NCBI GenBank assembly: GCA_902464015.1
Contig: CABQHM010000002.1
Location: forward strand, 1,147-65,146
Origin: an uncultured Coriobacteriales bacterium
Lineage (GTDB): Bacteria; Actinomycetota; Coriobacteriia; Coriobacteriales; UMGS124
Length of the DNA: 64,000 bases
Direction of reading: 5' to 3'
Notes under the pieces: model-generated
Told to the model about the DNA's origin: nothing
The model's database searches: none
The model's input: only the letters and a program-made list of their open reading frames with translations
Translations under genes and position numbers: made by a program
Part shown: piece by piece, positions 1 through 9,427 of the stretch
Layout: each line of letters starts with the position of its first letter
Numbering within the stretch: the first letter of the stretch is position 1

Positions 1-1
1 C

Positions 2-691
2 ATTGCTGAGAAGACGGGCGCCTACGTACAGTCGCACTGCGCCGAGGGGCAGTGGGAACAGAGTGTGGCGCCGGCCCGCTACGGCAAGTCCGATGCGCAG
101 GCCCTCTACGACTTCGGCCTTCTGCGCGAGAAGTCGGTCATGGCGCACTGCACCTTCCTGTCTGAATCCGACGGCGAGCTTTTTGCCCGCTCGGGGGCCG
201 CAGTGGCGCACTGCCCCGTCTCCAACTCCTACTTCGCCAACAGCGTGTGCCCGGTGCGCCGCCTGCGCGGCCAGGGCGTGCGCATGGGCCTGGCGACCGA
301 CATCTCCGGCGGTTTCTCGCCGAGCATGTACGAGAACATGCGCCACGCCATCATGGTGTCGCGCATGCTGGAGGAGGGCGTTGACGCAAGTGTGCCGCCC
401 GAGCAGCGCGGTCTGGGCACGGCGCGCATCACCTCGGCCGAGGCGCTCTGGCTGGCCACGGCCGGCGGCGGTGAGGCGCTGCGCCTGCCGGTGGGCACCT
501 TCGAGCGCGGCCAGGCCTTCGACATGCAGGTGGTGGACACGCGCGCGGCCGGCGCCGACCTCACGGGCTTCAACGTGTTCACCGCCCCGCGCGACATCAT
601 CGACCGCATCATTTACCTTGCCACGCCCGAAAACGTGCGTCAGACCTGGGTGCAGGGTACCCTCGTGCACGACAGGAGCATGCTACGCTAA
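2..691 (+). CDS. guaD: guanine deaminase-like amidohydrolase, 5'-partial (continues upstream of window)
   Basis: Frame is open from nt 2. Motifs SHCAE, HCPVSN and GLATDISGG fit the metal-binding signature of the guanine deaminase/amidohydrolase_1 family. A purine permease follows directly. Confidence 0.75.
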   Translation: MAEKTGAYVQSHCAEGQWEQSVAPARYGKSDAQALYDFGLLREKSVMAHCTFLSESDGELFARSGAAVAHCPVSNSYFANSVCPVRRLRGQGVRMGLATDISGGFSPSMYENMRHAIMVSRMLEEGVDASVPPEQRGLGTARITSAEALWLATAGGGEALRLPVGTFERGQAFDMQVVDTRAAGADLTGFNVFTAPRDIIDRIIYLATPENVRQTWVQGTLVHDRSMLR

Positions 692-891
692 TCTGCGCCG
701 CAACGCATCCGTGGGCGGGTTTGCTTTGGCTCACTGGTCGTGAAATACCAGTGTGAATCCGCCTACGGATGCATAAAACGCGGCTATGGTCGATAATCAA
801 TCCCGTTGTTGTACGTAAGGGAGCCGTCTCAAGACGGGCGCCTAAGGGGTGCCTGATCGTCGGCGGCACACATCAAGGGAGAGACGAAAGA

Positions 892-2298
892 GTGAGCGAG
901 AGCACAACCGCGCAGGTAGATACTGCCAATGAGGCGGCCAACGGCATCACGGTCGGCGTCGATGCCAAGCTGCCTTGGGGAAAGGCGCTGCTGCTGGGCC
1001 TGCAGCACGTTTTGGCCATGGACTCCTACATGCCGCCCTTCATCATCGCCACGGCGCTGGCGCTGGCCCCCACGGCCTCCACGGCCCTGATTCAGTCCAC
1101 CTTCCTGGGCGCGGGCGTGGCCTCGCTCATCCAGGTGTTGTTCTTCCTGCGCATGCCCGTGTGCCAGGGCCCCTCGTACGTACCCGTGGGAGCGGTCATC
1201 GGCCTGTACTTTGGCGCCAACGGCTTCGACACCGTCTTCGGCGCATGTCTGGTAGGCGCCGCGTGCATGGTGCTCTTCGGACTGTCAGGCCTGTATAAGC
1301 GCGTCGTGCACCGCTTCATCCCGCCCATCGTGAGCGGCACCGTCATCATGATCGTGGGTCTCACGCTTCTGCCCACCGCCTTCTCGAGCAACATCTTCGT
1401 CGAGGGCAACAGCCTTTCCATGGGCCAGAACATCCTGCTGGCCTGCATCTCCGCCACCGTCATGATCGCCTTCTCCATGCTGGGCGTTTACCGCCCTCAC
1501 CTGGGCAAGACGCTGCGTGTGTGCTCGGTCATCATCGCCCTGCTCACGGGCTCCATCGCCGCCGCCTGCATGGGCGGTCTGGACCTTTCGAGCGTGGCCG
1601 CCGCACCCCTGTTCAGCCTGCCCAACGTGGCCTTCGTGAACTACGGCCTGTCGTTTGACATCTCCGCCATCCTCACGATGCTCGTCATCTATATGGTGCT
1701 TCTCGCTGAGACCACCGGTACCTGGTATGCCGTGAGCTCCGTTGTGGGCAAGCCCATGACCGACGAGCAGATCAACCGCGGCGTCATCGGCGAGGGCCTG
1801 GGGTGCCTCGTGGGCTCGCTTTTGGGCACCACGCCCGTGACCGGCTACTCCACCAACGCAGGCATCATCTCCATCACCGGTGTGGCCAGCCGCCGCGTGT
1901 TCGTGATGGCCTCGGTGTGGCTCATCGCGCTTTCGTTCGTCGGCAAGCTGTCCGCCCTCATCATGGCCATCCCCGCCTCCGTCATCGGCGGCGTGTTCGC
2001 CGTGGTGTGCGCCATCATCCTGCTCAACGGCTTCCGTCAGATCAAGGGCGAGCCGCTCAGCGAGCGTCAGCTCTACATCATCGGCGTGCCGATCGCCGTG
2101 GCCGTGGGTCTGCTCAACATTCCCGCCGACCTGCTGAACACCGTGCCCGAGATGGCGCAGTACCTGCTCAACTCCCCCATCGCCGTCAGCGCTATCGTGT
2201 GCATCGTGCTCAACAAGGTCCTGCCCGAGCGCACCGCCGCCGAGAAGCGCAGCGAGCAGGGGCAGCAGAGCCAGGCCGAGATGTCCGCGCGGGCGTAA
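892..2298 (+). CDS. NCS2-family nucleobase (xanthine/uracil-type) permease
   Basis: Polytopic membrane protein with an NCS2-like LLGLQHVLAM N-terminal motif. GTG 892 is preceded by AAGGGAGAG; the ORF-track start at 769 is less likely. Confidence 0.8.
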   Translation: MSESTTAQVDTANEAANGITVGVDAKLPWGKALLLGLQHVLAMDSYMPPFIIATALALAPTASTALIQSTFLGAGVASLIQVLFFLRMPVCQGPSYVPVGAVIGLYFGANGFDTVFGACLVGAACMVLFGLSGLYKRVVHRFIPPIVSGTVIMIVGLTLLPTAFSSNIFVEGNSLSMGQNILLACISATVMIAFSMLGVYRPHLGKTLRVCSVIIALLTGSIAAACMGGLDLSSVAAAPLFSLPNVAFVNYGLSFDISAILTMLVIYMVLLAETTGTWYAVSSVVGKPMTDEQINRGVIGEGLGCLVGSLLGTTPVTGYSTNAGIISITGVASRRVFVMASVWLIALSFVGKLSALIMAIPASVIGGVFAVVCAIILLNGFRQIKGEPLSERQLYIIGVPIAVAVGLLNIPADLLNTVPEMAQYLLNSPIAVSAIVCIVLNKVLPERTAAEKRSEQGQQSQAEMSARA

Positions 2299-2442
2299 GC
2301 GAGAAGACCGGCAGCACGAAGCGGGCGAATGGGGACTTCGGCTCTCATTCGCCCTCGCCAAAAGGCGGGACCAACGGTACAAGCGCTACCGGGCGCTTCA
2401 AGTTCCGGGCTCGCCTTCCCCAAATGTTATCGCGCACGTTAA

Positions 2443-2489
2443 AAAGCGCGCTTCCCACAAGTTCGGGAGGCGCGCTTTTTCTTTTGGGC
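2443..2489 (+). terminator. intrinsic terminator-like hairpin
   Basis: 12-bp GC-rich stem (AGCGCGCTTCCC / GGGAGGCGCGCT) followed by TTTTCTTTT. An A-run precedes it, so it could work in both directions. Confidence 0.6.
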
Positions 2490-2530
2490 GAGACAGACGG
2501 GCGCGCACGGGCTGAAAAAGGTCAAGCTTC

Positions 2531-2627
2531 TAGGATTAACATACATTTCAGGATTTCAAAAAACCTGCCAACTGGTGTTTTGCTGATTTAACATACATCT
2601 CACCAGTTGAAATGTATGTTAATCCTA
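2531..2627 (+). repeat. MITE-like element, family A, copy 1
   Basis: Perfect 18-bp terminal inverted repeats TAGGATTAACATACATTT / AAATGTATGTTAATCCTA. Core CCAACTGGTGTTTTG plus an internal third AACATACAT copy. Confidence 0.85.
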
Positions 2628-2874
2628 CCACATCCCCCAATAAACCACCTATATCCGATAATTACCTTCTACCTGCCCAAATTTCCTTGCGTGTGAGTTT
2701 TTTCACACTCCACGCGCGGGCCATTTCATACGCCGTCGGACGAATATGAGCAGCCAACGTGGATGCATGCTGTGAATCGACGAGCCGCACGGCCTGGGAC
2801 ACCCCCGACAGGGTCGCACGGCAAACAGCCTGCCCGCAAACATTGAGTTGCAGGCACACGAGGAAGAGGGAATT

Positions 2875-4581
2875 ATGGACTCCACGAACACCAGCACTCG
2901 CAATGTCGCACTGACCCGTCGCGCATTTGTCACAGGTGCGCTCGGCGCCGGCCTTGTCGCTTTCGCAGGCATGGGCGCACTTTCCCAGACCATGACGGCC
3001 CAGGCAGAAGAGTCCTCCGCCGCCCAGGACGGCCCCGACTATGACATCGTCATCATCGGTGCCGGTGGCGCAGGCATGACCGCCGCCATGAGCGCGCACG
3101 ACGGCGGTGCCCGCGTGCTGCTTATCGAGAAGATGGCCGTGGCCGGCGGCAACACCGTGTGCGCTGAGGGCGGCATGAACGCCTGCTGCACCAAGGTTCA
3201 GGAGGCAGAGGGCATTGAGGACAGCGTCGAGCTCTTCGCCAACGACACCTTCGAGGGTGGCCATGAGCTGGGCAACATGGACCTCATCACCTTCATGTGC
3301 GAGAACTCCAACGCCGCCCTCGAGCGTCTGGAGGAGCGCGGCATGTTCCTCACGAAGCTCTCCACTTCCGGCGGCGCCTCAGTCAAGCGCATCCATCGTC
3401 CCGAGGACGGCGAGGCCGTGGGTACCTACCTCGTGCGCCACATGTGTGAGCAGTGCGAGCAGCGCAACGTTGCCGCCGTGACGCAGATGCGCGCCGACGA
3501 GCTCCTCGTCGACGACAGCGGTACCGTGTGCGGCGTGCGCGCCACCGACCTGCGCACGGGTGCCAGCGTCACTTACAACGCCAAGGCTGTCATTGTGACC
3601 GCCGGCGGCTTCGGCGCCAACCATGAAATGCTCGCCCAGTACCGCCCCGAGCTGCTCAACGCCGTCACCACCAACCAGCCCGGCGCAACGGGCGACGGCA
3701 TCCTGCTGGCCCAGGCCATCGGTGCCGACACGGTGGACATCGACCAGATCCAGGTGCACCCCACCGTTGAGCAGGGCACTGCAACCCTTCTTTCCGAGGG
3801 CATCCGCGGCGACGGCGCCGTGCTCGTCAACAAGGACGGCCAGCGCTTCACCAACGAGCTTCTGACCCGCGACAAGGTCTCCGCCGCCGAGTGGGAGCAG
3901 CCCGAGGGCTGGGCTTACGCCGTGTTCGACAAGAAGGTCTATGACTCTAACAAATCGGTGGAGAGCAAGTTTGTGAGCAAGGGTCTTGCCCTTGTCGCCG
4001 ACACCATCGAGGAGCTCGGCCAGCTCATGGACACCGACGCCGAGGCCTTTGTCCAGACCATCGCCACGTACAACGACGCTATCGCCAACGGTGAGGATGA
4101 CCCCATGGGCCGCGAAAAGGCCCGCGAGTCCATCGTGGACGCCCCGTTCTACGCGATCAAGGTGGCCCCCGGCATCCACCACACCATGGGCGGCCTGCGC
4201 ATTAACACCGACACCGAGGTGCTCAACGCCGACGGCAAGGCCATTCCCGGCCTGTTCGCAGCTGGCGAGGTCACGGGCGGCATCCACGGCGGCAACCGCC
4301 TGGGCGGCAACGCAATCTGCGATATCAACGTCTTCGGCCATCAGGCTGCCATGAGCGCCCTGACCTACCTGGGCATCGCGGCCGTCGACCGCGAGGCGCT
4401 TATCGAGATGACCGAAGTCGAAGGCCAACTCAACCAGCATGCCACGCAGCACGGCACCACTGCTTGCACCGACTGCCACCGCGTGGATGCTGCGCCTGTG
4501 CTCACCTGCACGCAGTGCCACGACGACGCCGTGACCCCCGAGGGCTGGCTCACCTGGGAAGAGGCCCAGCAGGAGGGCTAA
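2875..4581 (+). CDS. TAT-exported FAD-dependent fumarate-reductase-family flavoprotein with C-terminal di-haem c tail (flavocytochrome c-like)
   Basis: ATG 2875 follows GAGGAAGAGGG. Twin-arginine signal LTRRAFVTGALGAG...AQA. FAD dinucleotide motif DIVIIGAGGAGMTAA and family motifs HHTMGG and GLFAAGEVTGG. Two CxxCH motifs: CTDCH 4465-4479 and CTQCH 4507-4521. Confidence 0.85.
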   Translation: MDSTNTSTRNVALTRRAFVTGALGAGLVAFAGMGALSQTMTAQAEESSAAQDGPDYDIVIIGAGGAGMTAAMSAHDGGARVLLIEKMAVAGGNTVCAEGGMNACCTKVQEAEGIEDSVELFANDTFEGGHELGNMDLITFMCENSNAALERLEERGMFLTKLSTSGGASVKRIHRPEDGEAVGTYLVRHMCEQCEQRNVAAVTQMRADELLVDDSGTVCGVRATDLRTGASVTYNAKAVIVTAGGFGANHEMLAQYRPELLNAVTTNQPGATGDGILLAQAIGADTVDIDQIQVHPTVEQGTATLLSEGIRGDGAVLVNKDGQRFTNELLTRDKVSAAEWEQPEGWAYAVFDKKVYDSNKSVESKFVSKGLALVADTIEELGQLMDTDAEAFVQTIATYNDAIANGEDDPMGREKARESIVDAPFYAIKVAPGIHHTMGGLRINTDTEVLNADGKAIPGLFAAGEVTGGIHGGNRLGGNAICDINVFGHQAAMSALTYLGIAAVDREALIEMTEVEGQLNQHATQHGTTACTDCHRVDAAPVLTCTQCHDDAVTPEGWLTWEEAQQEG

Positions 4582-4755
4582 GGCGACAAGGCCGAGCCGC
4601 AAGGCTAAAGCGGTCGAGTAAGACTCTACTTTAGGCAGAGACCAGCAGGGGGTTAAGGCGCAACAAGGTCAAAGCCGACGAGGCAGTCTCTATCTGGACA
4701 AGCCCGCCTCATACACCTCAGGCATCCCCCATATCTCATCATCCCCCTTCCTTCT

Positions 4756-4797
4756 CGCCGCACCCAGTTCCCCCACTGGGTGCGGCGGGACTCTTTG
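4756..4797 (+). terminator. possible terminator hairpin
   Basis: 13-bp stem CGCCGCACCCAGT / ACTGGGTGCGGCG followed by a weak T tract (GGACTCTTTGC). Confidence 0.4.
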
Positions 4798-4990
4798 CAT
4801 CCGCCAACCAAGGTGGTGCTCCCCCGGGCAGTCAATCGGCGCGGCCGCACATCGCCCGCCTTTCTGCAATCGTGAATCACACGTCCCCGCACTGCGATGG
4901 TTGATGCGATTGCATTTCTCATGGGCTATACTCTCCCCTGATTACACGGCATTTTTGAGGGTTCGGGCCCGCCTGGGAGGAAGGCAGAGC

Positions 4991-6643
4991 ATGCAACAAA
5001 GGGACGGCCGCGTGCCACGAGGGACAAACAAGGCATCGTGGTCGCTGTTTGCGCATCGGTTTGCCCCACTGTTCTCCTGCAGTTTTCTCGGCCTCGCCGC
5101 AATACGCGTGTGGCTGCAGTGCTGCGTGTACGACCTCTATGCCGCCACTGATTCGGGTATGGCGACCGTTGCCATCAACCTGACCCGTGGCATCGTGACC
5201 CTTGTGCTCATGACAGTCTTCGCTCGTCGCACATTCTCCCCGCAGGCCCAAAATCGCCTGGGTGTAGCAAGCGCCATCCTTATGACATGCGGGTGCATGT
5301 TGCTCCTGGCGGCAAGCGAGACAACAACTCCCCTGCTAGGCTGGGTCGCATGCATGCTTTCGGCTCTTGGCGTGGTATGGGGCGGCGGTATGTGGATCAC
5401 CTTCTACGAGCGGCTCAATCCCAAAGAGTCGCTGCTCTATGCCTTCTCGGCACTGTCCCTGAGCTGCCTGGCCGGACTCGTACTCGGTTTTCTCCCCAAA
5501 TCGCTGACCATGCTCGTGGGCGTCTTCATGCCCGCCCTGTCGCTTGTGACCTTTCGCGCTGCGATGCGAGACCTCGATGAGAGAGGTATCGCAGAATGTG
5601 CGCCAAATGCAGCCTCGTGCCAGGCCACACCCCTCCCCTATTCCCGCGAATTCCATGTCACGGGCGTGCGGTTTCTTGCAGGCATCGCCCTGTTCAGCCT
5701 CGCCTTGGGTTTCGCGCGCGGCTTTCCCTACGGCCAAGCCATAGAGCTTCCCGTCGCGATGCGAGTGCTTCATCAGCTGTTGACCTGCTTGTTGTGCACA
5801 GGCGTGTGGTGGTGGGTTCTGGTCAAGGGGCAGAGTCTGCGTCTCTCGGCGTTGTGGAACATGCCTTTGGCGTTGCTTGTCACCGGTGTGCTCCTGCTCG
5901 CCTGCCTCACCCCGCAGCTCATGCAACTAGGTTCTGCGCTAGTCACCGTCGCGAACACATTCACACTCGCCGTGTTGTGGTACATCAGCTACGACGTGGC
6001 GCGCAATATGCATGCGCCGAGCTACCTTGTGCTGGGCACCGTTTGGGTCGTTCACCAAGTACCCCGCGAGGTAGGGCGTCTCATTGCCATGGGCGTGGGA
6101 CCCTACGATTCCTCGCCCATGCTCGTCGCCATGTGCATGATTGTGCTGCTTGCCGGCAGCATGTTTTTACTGATAAGCAACTCGACGCCTCTCACGCGAC
6201 CGCTTTTCGCCGATATAAACCGCCCGGACACTTCAAGCAGCTTTTCCCAGAAGCAAGGCGCATCTCAGGACGACACGCGCGCGTCTGCCGTTCTCAACAC
6301 AGGCACCAGCAACACCCCTGGCACGACGAGCGGCACTCCTTGCACAGCTGCGAACGGTGGGGTGCCGACAATCGCGAGCGCATCATCAGCGAGCCCCGCC
6401 TTGGCATCGGCTGCCGATGACATCGAAACGCGACTTTTGCTGATGGGCAGGCATTACAATCTCACACGCCGCGAGATAGACATCGCGCGCCTTCTGATTC
6501 GCGACCTCAGCAAAGCGCAAATCGGCGAGGCTCTGTGCTTGTCCGAAAGCACCGTGCGCACCCATGCGCGCAACCTCTATGCCAAGCTCGACGTGCATAG
6601 CCGCGAGCAACTCAAAGAGCTTGTGGAGGCGTTTTACAACTAG
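4991..6643 (+). CDS. membrane-embedded LuxR-family transcriptional regulator (multi-TM N-terminus plus GerE HTH)
   Basis: Many hydrophobic helices followed by a C-terminal LuxR/GerE HTH (LTRREIDIARLLIRDLSKAQIGEALCLSESTVRTHARNLYAKL). ATG 4991 follows GGAGGAAGG. Confidence 0.85.
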   Translation: MQQRDGRVPRGTNKASWSLFAHRFAPLFSCSFLGLAAIRVWLQCCVYDLYAATDSGMATVAINLTRGIVTLVLMTVFARRTFSPQAQNRLGVASAILMTCGCMLLLAASETTTPLLGWVACMLSALGVVWGGGMWITFYERLNPKESLLYAFSALSLSCLAGLVLGFLPKSLTMLVGVFMPALSLVTFRAAMRDLDERGIAECAPNAASCQATPLPYSREFHVTGVRFLAGIALFSLALGFARGFPYGQAIELPVAMRVLHQLLTCLLCTGVWWWVLVKGQSLRLSALWNMPLALLVTGVLLLACLTPQLMQLGSALVTVANTFTLAVLWYISYDVARNMHAPSYLVLGTVWVVHQVPREVGRLIAMGVGPYDSSPMLVAMCMIVLLAGSMFLLISNSTPLTRPLFADINRPDTSSSFSQKQGASQDDTRASAVLNTGTSNTPGTTSGTPCTAANGGVPTIASASSASPALASAADDIETRLLLMGRHYNLTRREIDIARLLIRDLSKAQIGEALCLSESTVRTHARNLYAKLDVHSREQLKELVEAFYN

Positions 6644-6650
6644 AAGGCGC

Positions 6651-6742
6651 AATTAACACGCATTTCGCAAATTCGAAAAATGCGCCAACTGGGGTTTTGA
6701 TAAAATAGCATACATCTCAACTGTTGAAATGCATGTTATTTC
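6651..6742 (+). repeat. MITE-like element, family A, copy 2
   Basis: AATTAACACGCATTT ... CCAACTGGGGTTTTG ... AAATGCATGTTATTT. Same architecture as copy 1. Lies between convergent genes. Confidence 0.8.
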
Positions 6743-6789
6743 TCTTCGAATCGACAATAGCGCCCTGCGGACTGCCGGCGGCGGCCCGC

Positions 6790-7140
6790 CTACTCCCCCA
6801 GGGCTTCAACTGTCTCGTTGTAAGCCTTGCGCAGCTGCGCCATAAGCGGCTCGACGTCGACACCTTCGAGAACACAGGGGCGCAAAGCCTCAGTGAGCTC
6901 GACAGCCGGAGCCGCTAGGTTGGAAAGCCCCAGGTTGAGCGCCACACCCTTGAGCGTATGGGCGGCTCGGAACGCCGCCTTGGCATCGTGGGCCGCAAGG
7001 GCATCTTCCAGCTGGGAAAAGCTTTCGTCTTGCACGAATTTGCCCGCAAAGCGCTCCACGAGGGCCGGTGATCCCAAACGGCTTGCAACGTCATCGAAAT
7101 CGGCCCCGATCCGCTCGTATATCGCGCGAATGTCACTCAT
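6790..7140 (-). CDS. Hpt (histidine phosphotransfer) domain protein
   Basis: HTLKG phosphohistidine motif. ATG at 7140 overlaps the kinase stop (ATGAGTGA), implying translational coupling. Confidence 0.8.
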   Translation of the reverse strand: MSDIRAIYERIGADFDDVASRLGSPALVERFAGKFVQDESFSQLEDALAAHDAKAAFRAAHTLKGVALNLGLSNLAAPAVELTEALRPCVLEGVDVEPLMAQLRKAYNETVEALGE

Positions 7141-9145
7141 GAGACGCCTCGCATTCCTCTTCTGAACTGCCGTCTTGACAGTCTTTGTCCACCTGTACAA
7201 AGGCTTGCCTGCATTGGTCGCAGACAGTATGCGCTCGCTGCAAGGCGCCCACAAGCGTTGCCCAGTCAAGCGGCTTGGAAAGATGCTCGGTAAATCCCGC
7301 CTGAAGGCTGCTGGTCACATCATCGGCAAAAGCATTGGCGGTCACGGCAAAAATGGGCACGTTGGCCGCATCGGGACGCTGAAGGCCACGGATAGCGCGG
7401 GCGGCTTCAAAGCCGTCCATGACAGGCATCATGATGTCGAGCAACACGGCGTCAAACTCCCATGGAGCCGAAGACTCGAACGTAGCCAGCGCCTGAGCGC
7501 CGTCCGAGACGCACACGGGATGCGCGCCCGCTGCGCTAATCATGAACTCGGCTATCTCGCGGTTGAGGTCGTTGTCCTCAGCCACCAGTACCCGCATCCC
7601 CTCAACCGTAGCGCACCCCATCGGGTCAGGTCGGGCCTCTTGGGTATTCAGCGCAATTTGATCGGTTGTCTCAAAGGGCAAGACCAGCACAAATGTGGTT
7701 CCTTCACCCTCTTTGCTCGTAAAGCTGATGGAGCCGCCCATGTGCTCGGCAAGACCTTTGGCAATCGACAATCCCAGGCCGTTGCTCCCCTGCATGGGCG
7801 TTACACGCCCCTCGCAGGCAAACGGCTCAAACACATGGCTCTGGAACTCCTCGCTCATGCCAATGCCCGTATCGGCACACGTATACTGCAGCGTCACCAC
7901 CCCGTCGGAGTAGGACACTTCTTTGCACCCAAGTGTGACCATACCGCCAGGGTGGTTGTATTTGACGGCGTTGGACAAAAGGTTCAGAAGCAAGCGCTTC
8001 AGATGCGTCGGGCTTGCCAAAACATTGGGATGCTGGATGAAATCCTCCTCGAGGAGTACCTTCACGCCACAGCTGGCCGCATGCGACTCCACAATCTGCA
8101 CGAGCTCGGCATTCATCGCGCCCACGTTAATCGGAGCCTTCACAAGCGTGACCTCGCCGCTCTCAAGTTTGCTCGTGTCAAGAACTTCGTTGACGAGGTT
8201 GAGCAGCAAAGTCGAAGCATCCCAAATCTTGCGACGGCATTGCGCCTGGCGCTCCATATCGTCCGGACACGAGTCGGCTATCTCCACCATGCCGCGAATG
8301 CCGTTGATAGGGGTGCGAATGTCATGGCTCATACGCTGGAGAAACACGGTTTTTGCGTTGTTGGCCGCTTGCGCGGCGTTGGCCGACAACGCCAAATGCT
8401 CGTTGTATTCCTTCTCGCGCTTCAAACTCTGCTCATAATGGAGCCGATCGTCGTTGCGTTTTCTAAGCACGATGACAGCAACGACGACAATGTAGACGGC
8501 ACAAGCAGCAAGAGCAAACTGCACCGCTTGGCTCATAAGCGACGATACGGGAACGTACACATAGATGAAGTAGCTGCGCACCTGGTCCGCCGTGCCGGCA
8601 TACCAATGCGCGTTATGCCACACAAACGACAGCTCATCCCCGTGTGGATTCATCGTTTTAAGTTGCTGAATCGGCGTGTCGCGAAGCTCGGTGTCTCCCT
8701 GAGCGGCCTCCTGGACAAGCTCAGGGTTGTTCGCAGCCACAAGACGCCCCTCACGCTCGATAACAATGGTGCCGGAGCGAGCAGTATCGTAACCGTCGAG
8801 AAGGTTCTGCTGAACAAGCGTGTATTTGTCTGCAAAAGCCGCGTCGGTGTGGTAATACGCCACCGCAATACCGGGGGCATCACTGCGACAGGCGGCGGCA
8901 ATGTCAACATAGGAACCGTCGGGCAAATTCGCCCGAACGGCATACACCTCGAAGGGGTGCTCGGCCACATTGAGCAAGACGTCCTTGCCAATCCACTCCC
9001 GCAAAGCGGAAGCGTCCACCTCATCGTTGGAGTATTGGGCTTCGACATTGCCAGAGGCATCGAGAACAATGACACCCGTGAGTCGCAACTCGTCGACATA
9101 ACGTTTCAGCGTCGATACCGACAAATCCCCCTTGTCAGAACTCAA
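7133..9145 (-). CDS. hybrid sensor histidine kinase (HisKA, HATPase_c, receiver), C-terminal 670 codons of a gene interrupted by an in-frame TAG
   Basis: H-box SHDIRTPINGI; ATPase boxes NLLSNAVKYN, DTGIGM, GLGLSI; receiver VLVAEDNDLN...DIMMPVMDG. It has only the second TM helix (FALAACAVYIVVVAVIVL). The ORF is contiguous and in frame with 9158-9457. Confidence 0.85.
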   Translation of the reverse strand: MSSDKGDLSVSTLKRYVDELRLTGVIVLDASGNVEAQYSNDEVDASALREWIGKDVLLNVAEHPFEVYAVRANLPDGSYVDIAAACRSDAPGIAVAYYHTDAAFADKYTLVQQNLLDGYDTARSGTIVIEREGRLVAANNPELVQEAAQGDTELRDTPIQQLKTMNPHGDELSFVWHNAHWYAGTADQVRSYFIYVYVPVSSLMSQAVQFALAACAVYIVVVAVIVLRKRNDDRLHYEQSLKREKEYNEHLALSANAAQAANNAKTVFLQRMSHDIRTPINGIRGMVEIADSCPDDMERQAQCRRKIWDASTLLLNLVNEVLDTSKLESGEVTLVKAPINVGAMNAELVQIVESHAASCGVKVLLEEDFIQHPNVLASPTHLKRLLLNLLSNAVKYNHPGGMVTLGCKEVSYSDGVVTLQYTCADTGIGMSEEFQSHVFEPFACEGRVTPMQGSNGLGLSIAKGLAEHMGGSISFTSKEGEGTTFVLVLPFETTDQIALNTQEARPDPMGCATVEGMRVLVAEDNDLNREIAEFMISAAGAHPVCVSDGAQALATFESSAPWEFDAVLLDIMMPVMDGFEAARAIRGLQRPDAANVPIFAVTANAFADDVTSSLQAGFTEHLSKPLDWATLVGALQRAHTVCDQCRQAFVQVDKDCQDGSSEEECEASHE

Positions 9146-9157
9146 ATTGCGTGCCAG

Positions 9158-9427
9158 CTATCCTGCGTTCTCAAGCGCGCGCAGGGCACTTTGTGCATCA
9201 CTTGCAGCATTGTAGGAATCGTAAACGAGCGCCTGCTCCTTGATATAGGCAATATCTTGAGTAACCCGCGTTGTCACGTAGGAAAAAGTCGAGCTGAAAC
9301 CCGCAAGGCCCGCCAGGACCGTCAAGACAAACCCGACAAGTATCACGACGACCCATAGCCTCTTGTTTGGCTTGGCTTTTTCCACGGGCGACATGGAGGC
9401 CGGCTCGAGGGCCGCTTCAGCAGTCAT
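9158..9427 (-). CDS. N-terminal fragment of the same histidine kinase (TM1 plus start of periplasmic sensor domain)
   Basis: Same frame as 7133-9145, separated only by TAG 9158-9160 plus four sense codons. Contains TM helix LWVVVILVGFVLTVLAGLAGF. The start (9427 or 9394) is uncertain. Confidence 0.6.
   Translation of the reverse strand: MTAEAALEPASMSPVEKAKPNKRLWVVVILVGFVLTVLAGLAGFSSTFSYVTTRVTQDIAYIKEQALVYDSYNAASDAQSALRALENAG

Noticed and set aside
3-743. 246-aa ORF in frame 3 at the window start
   Set aside because: It is an Arg/Pro/Ala-rich alternative frame overlapping the guanine deaminase frame, which has real family motifs.
692-891. Purine riboswitch upstream of the nucleobase permease (26651-26879 upstream of the AzgA-type permease was also checked)
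   Set aside because: I could not build the P1-P2-P3 three-way junction or find the conserved J1-2 and J2-3 and loop motifs. An Rfam scan would be needed before making any claim.
9158-9160. Programmed recoding (for example pyrrolysine) of the in-frame TAG in the histidine kinase
   Set aside because: The window has no pyl genes or PYLIS-like context, and TAG is used as an ordinary stop by neighbouring genes. A nonsense mutation or a sequencing error is more parsimonious.
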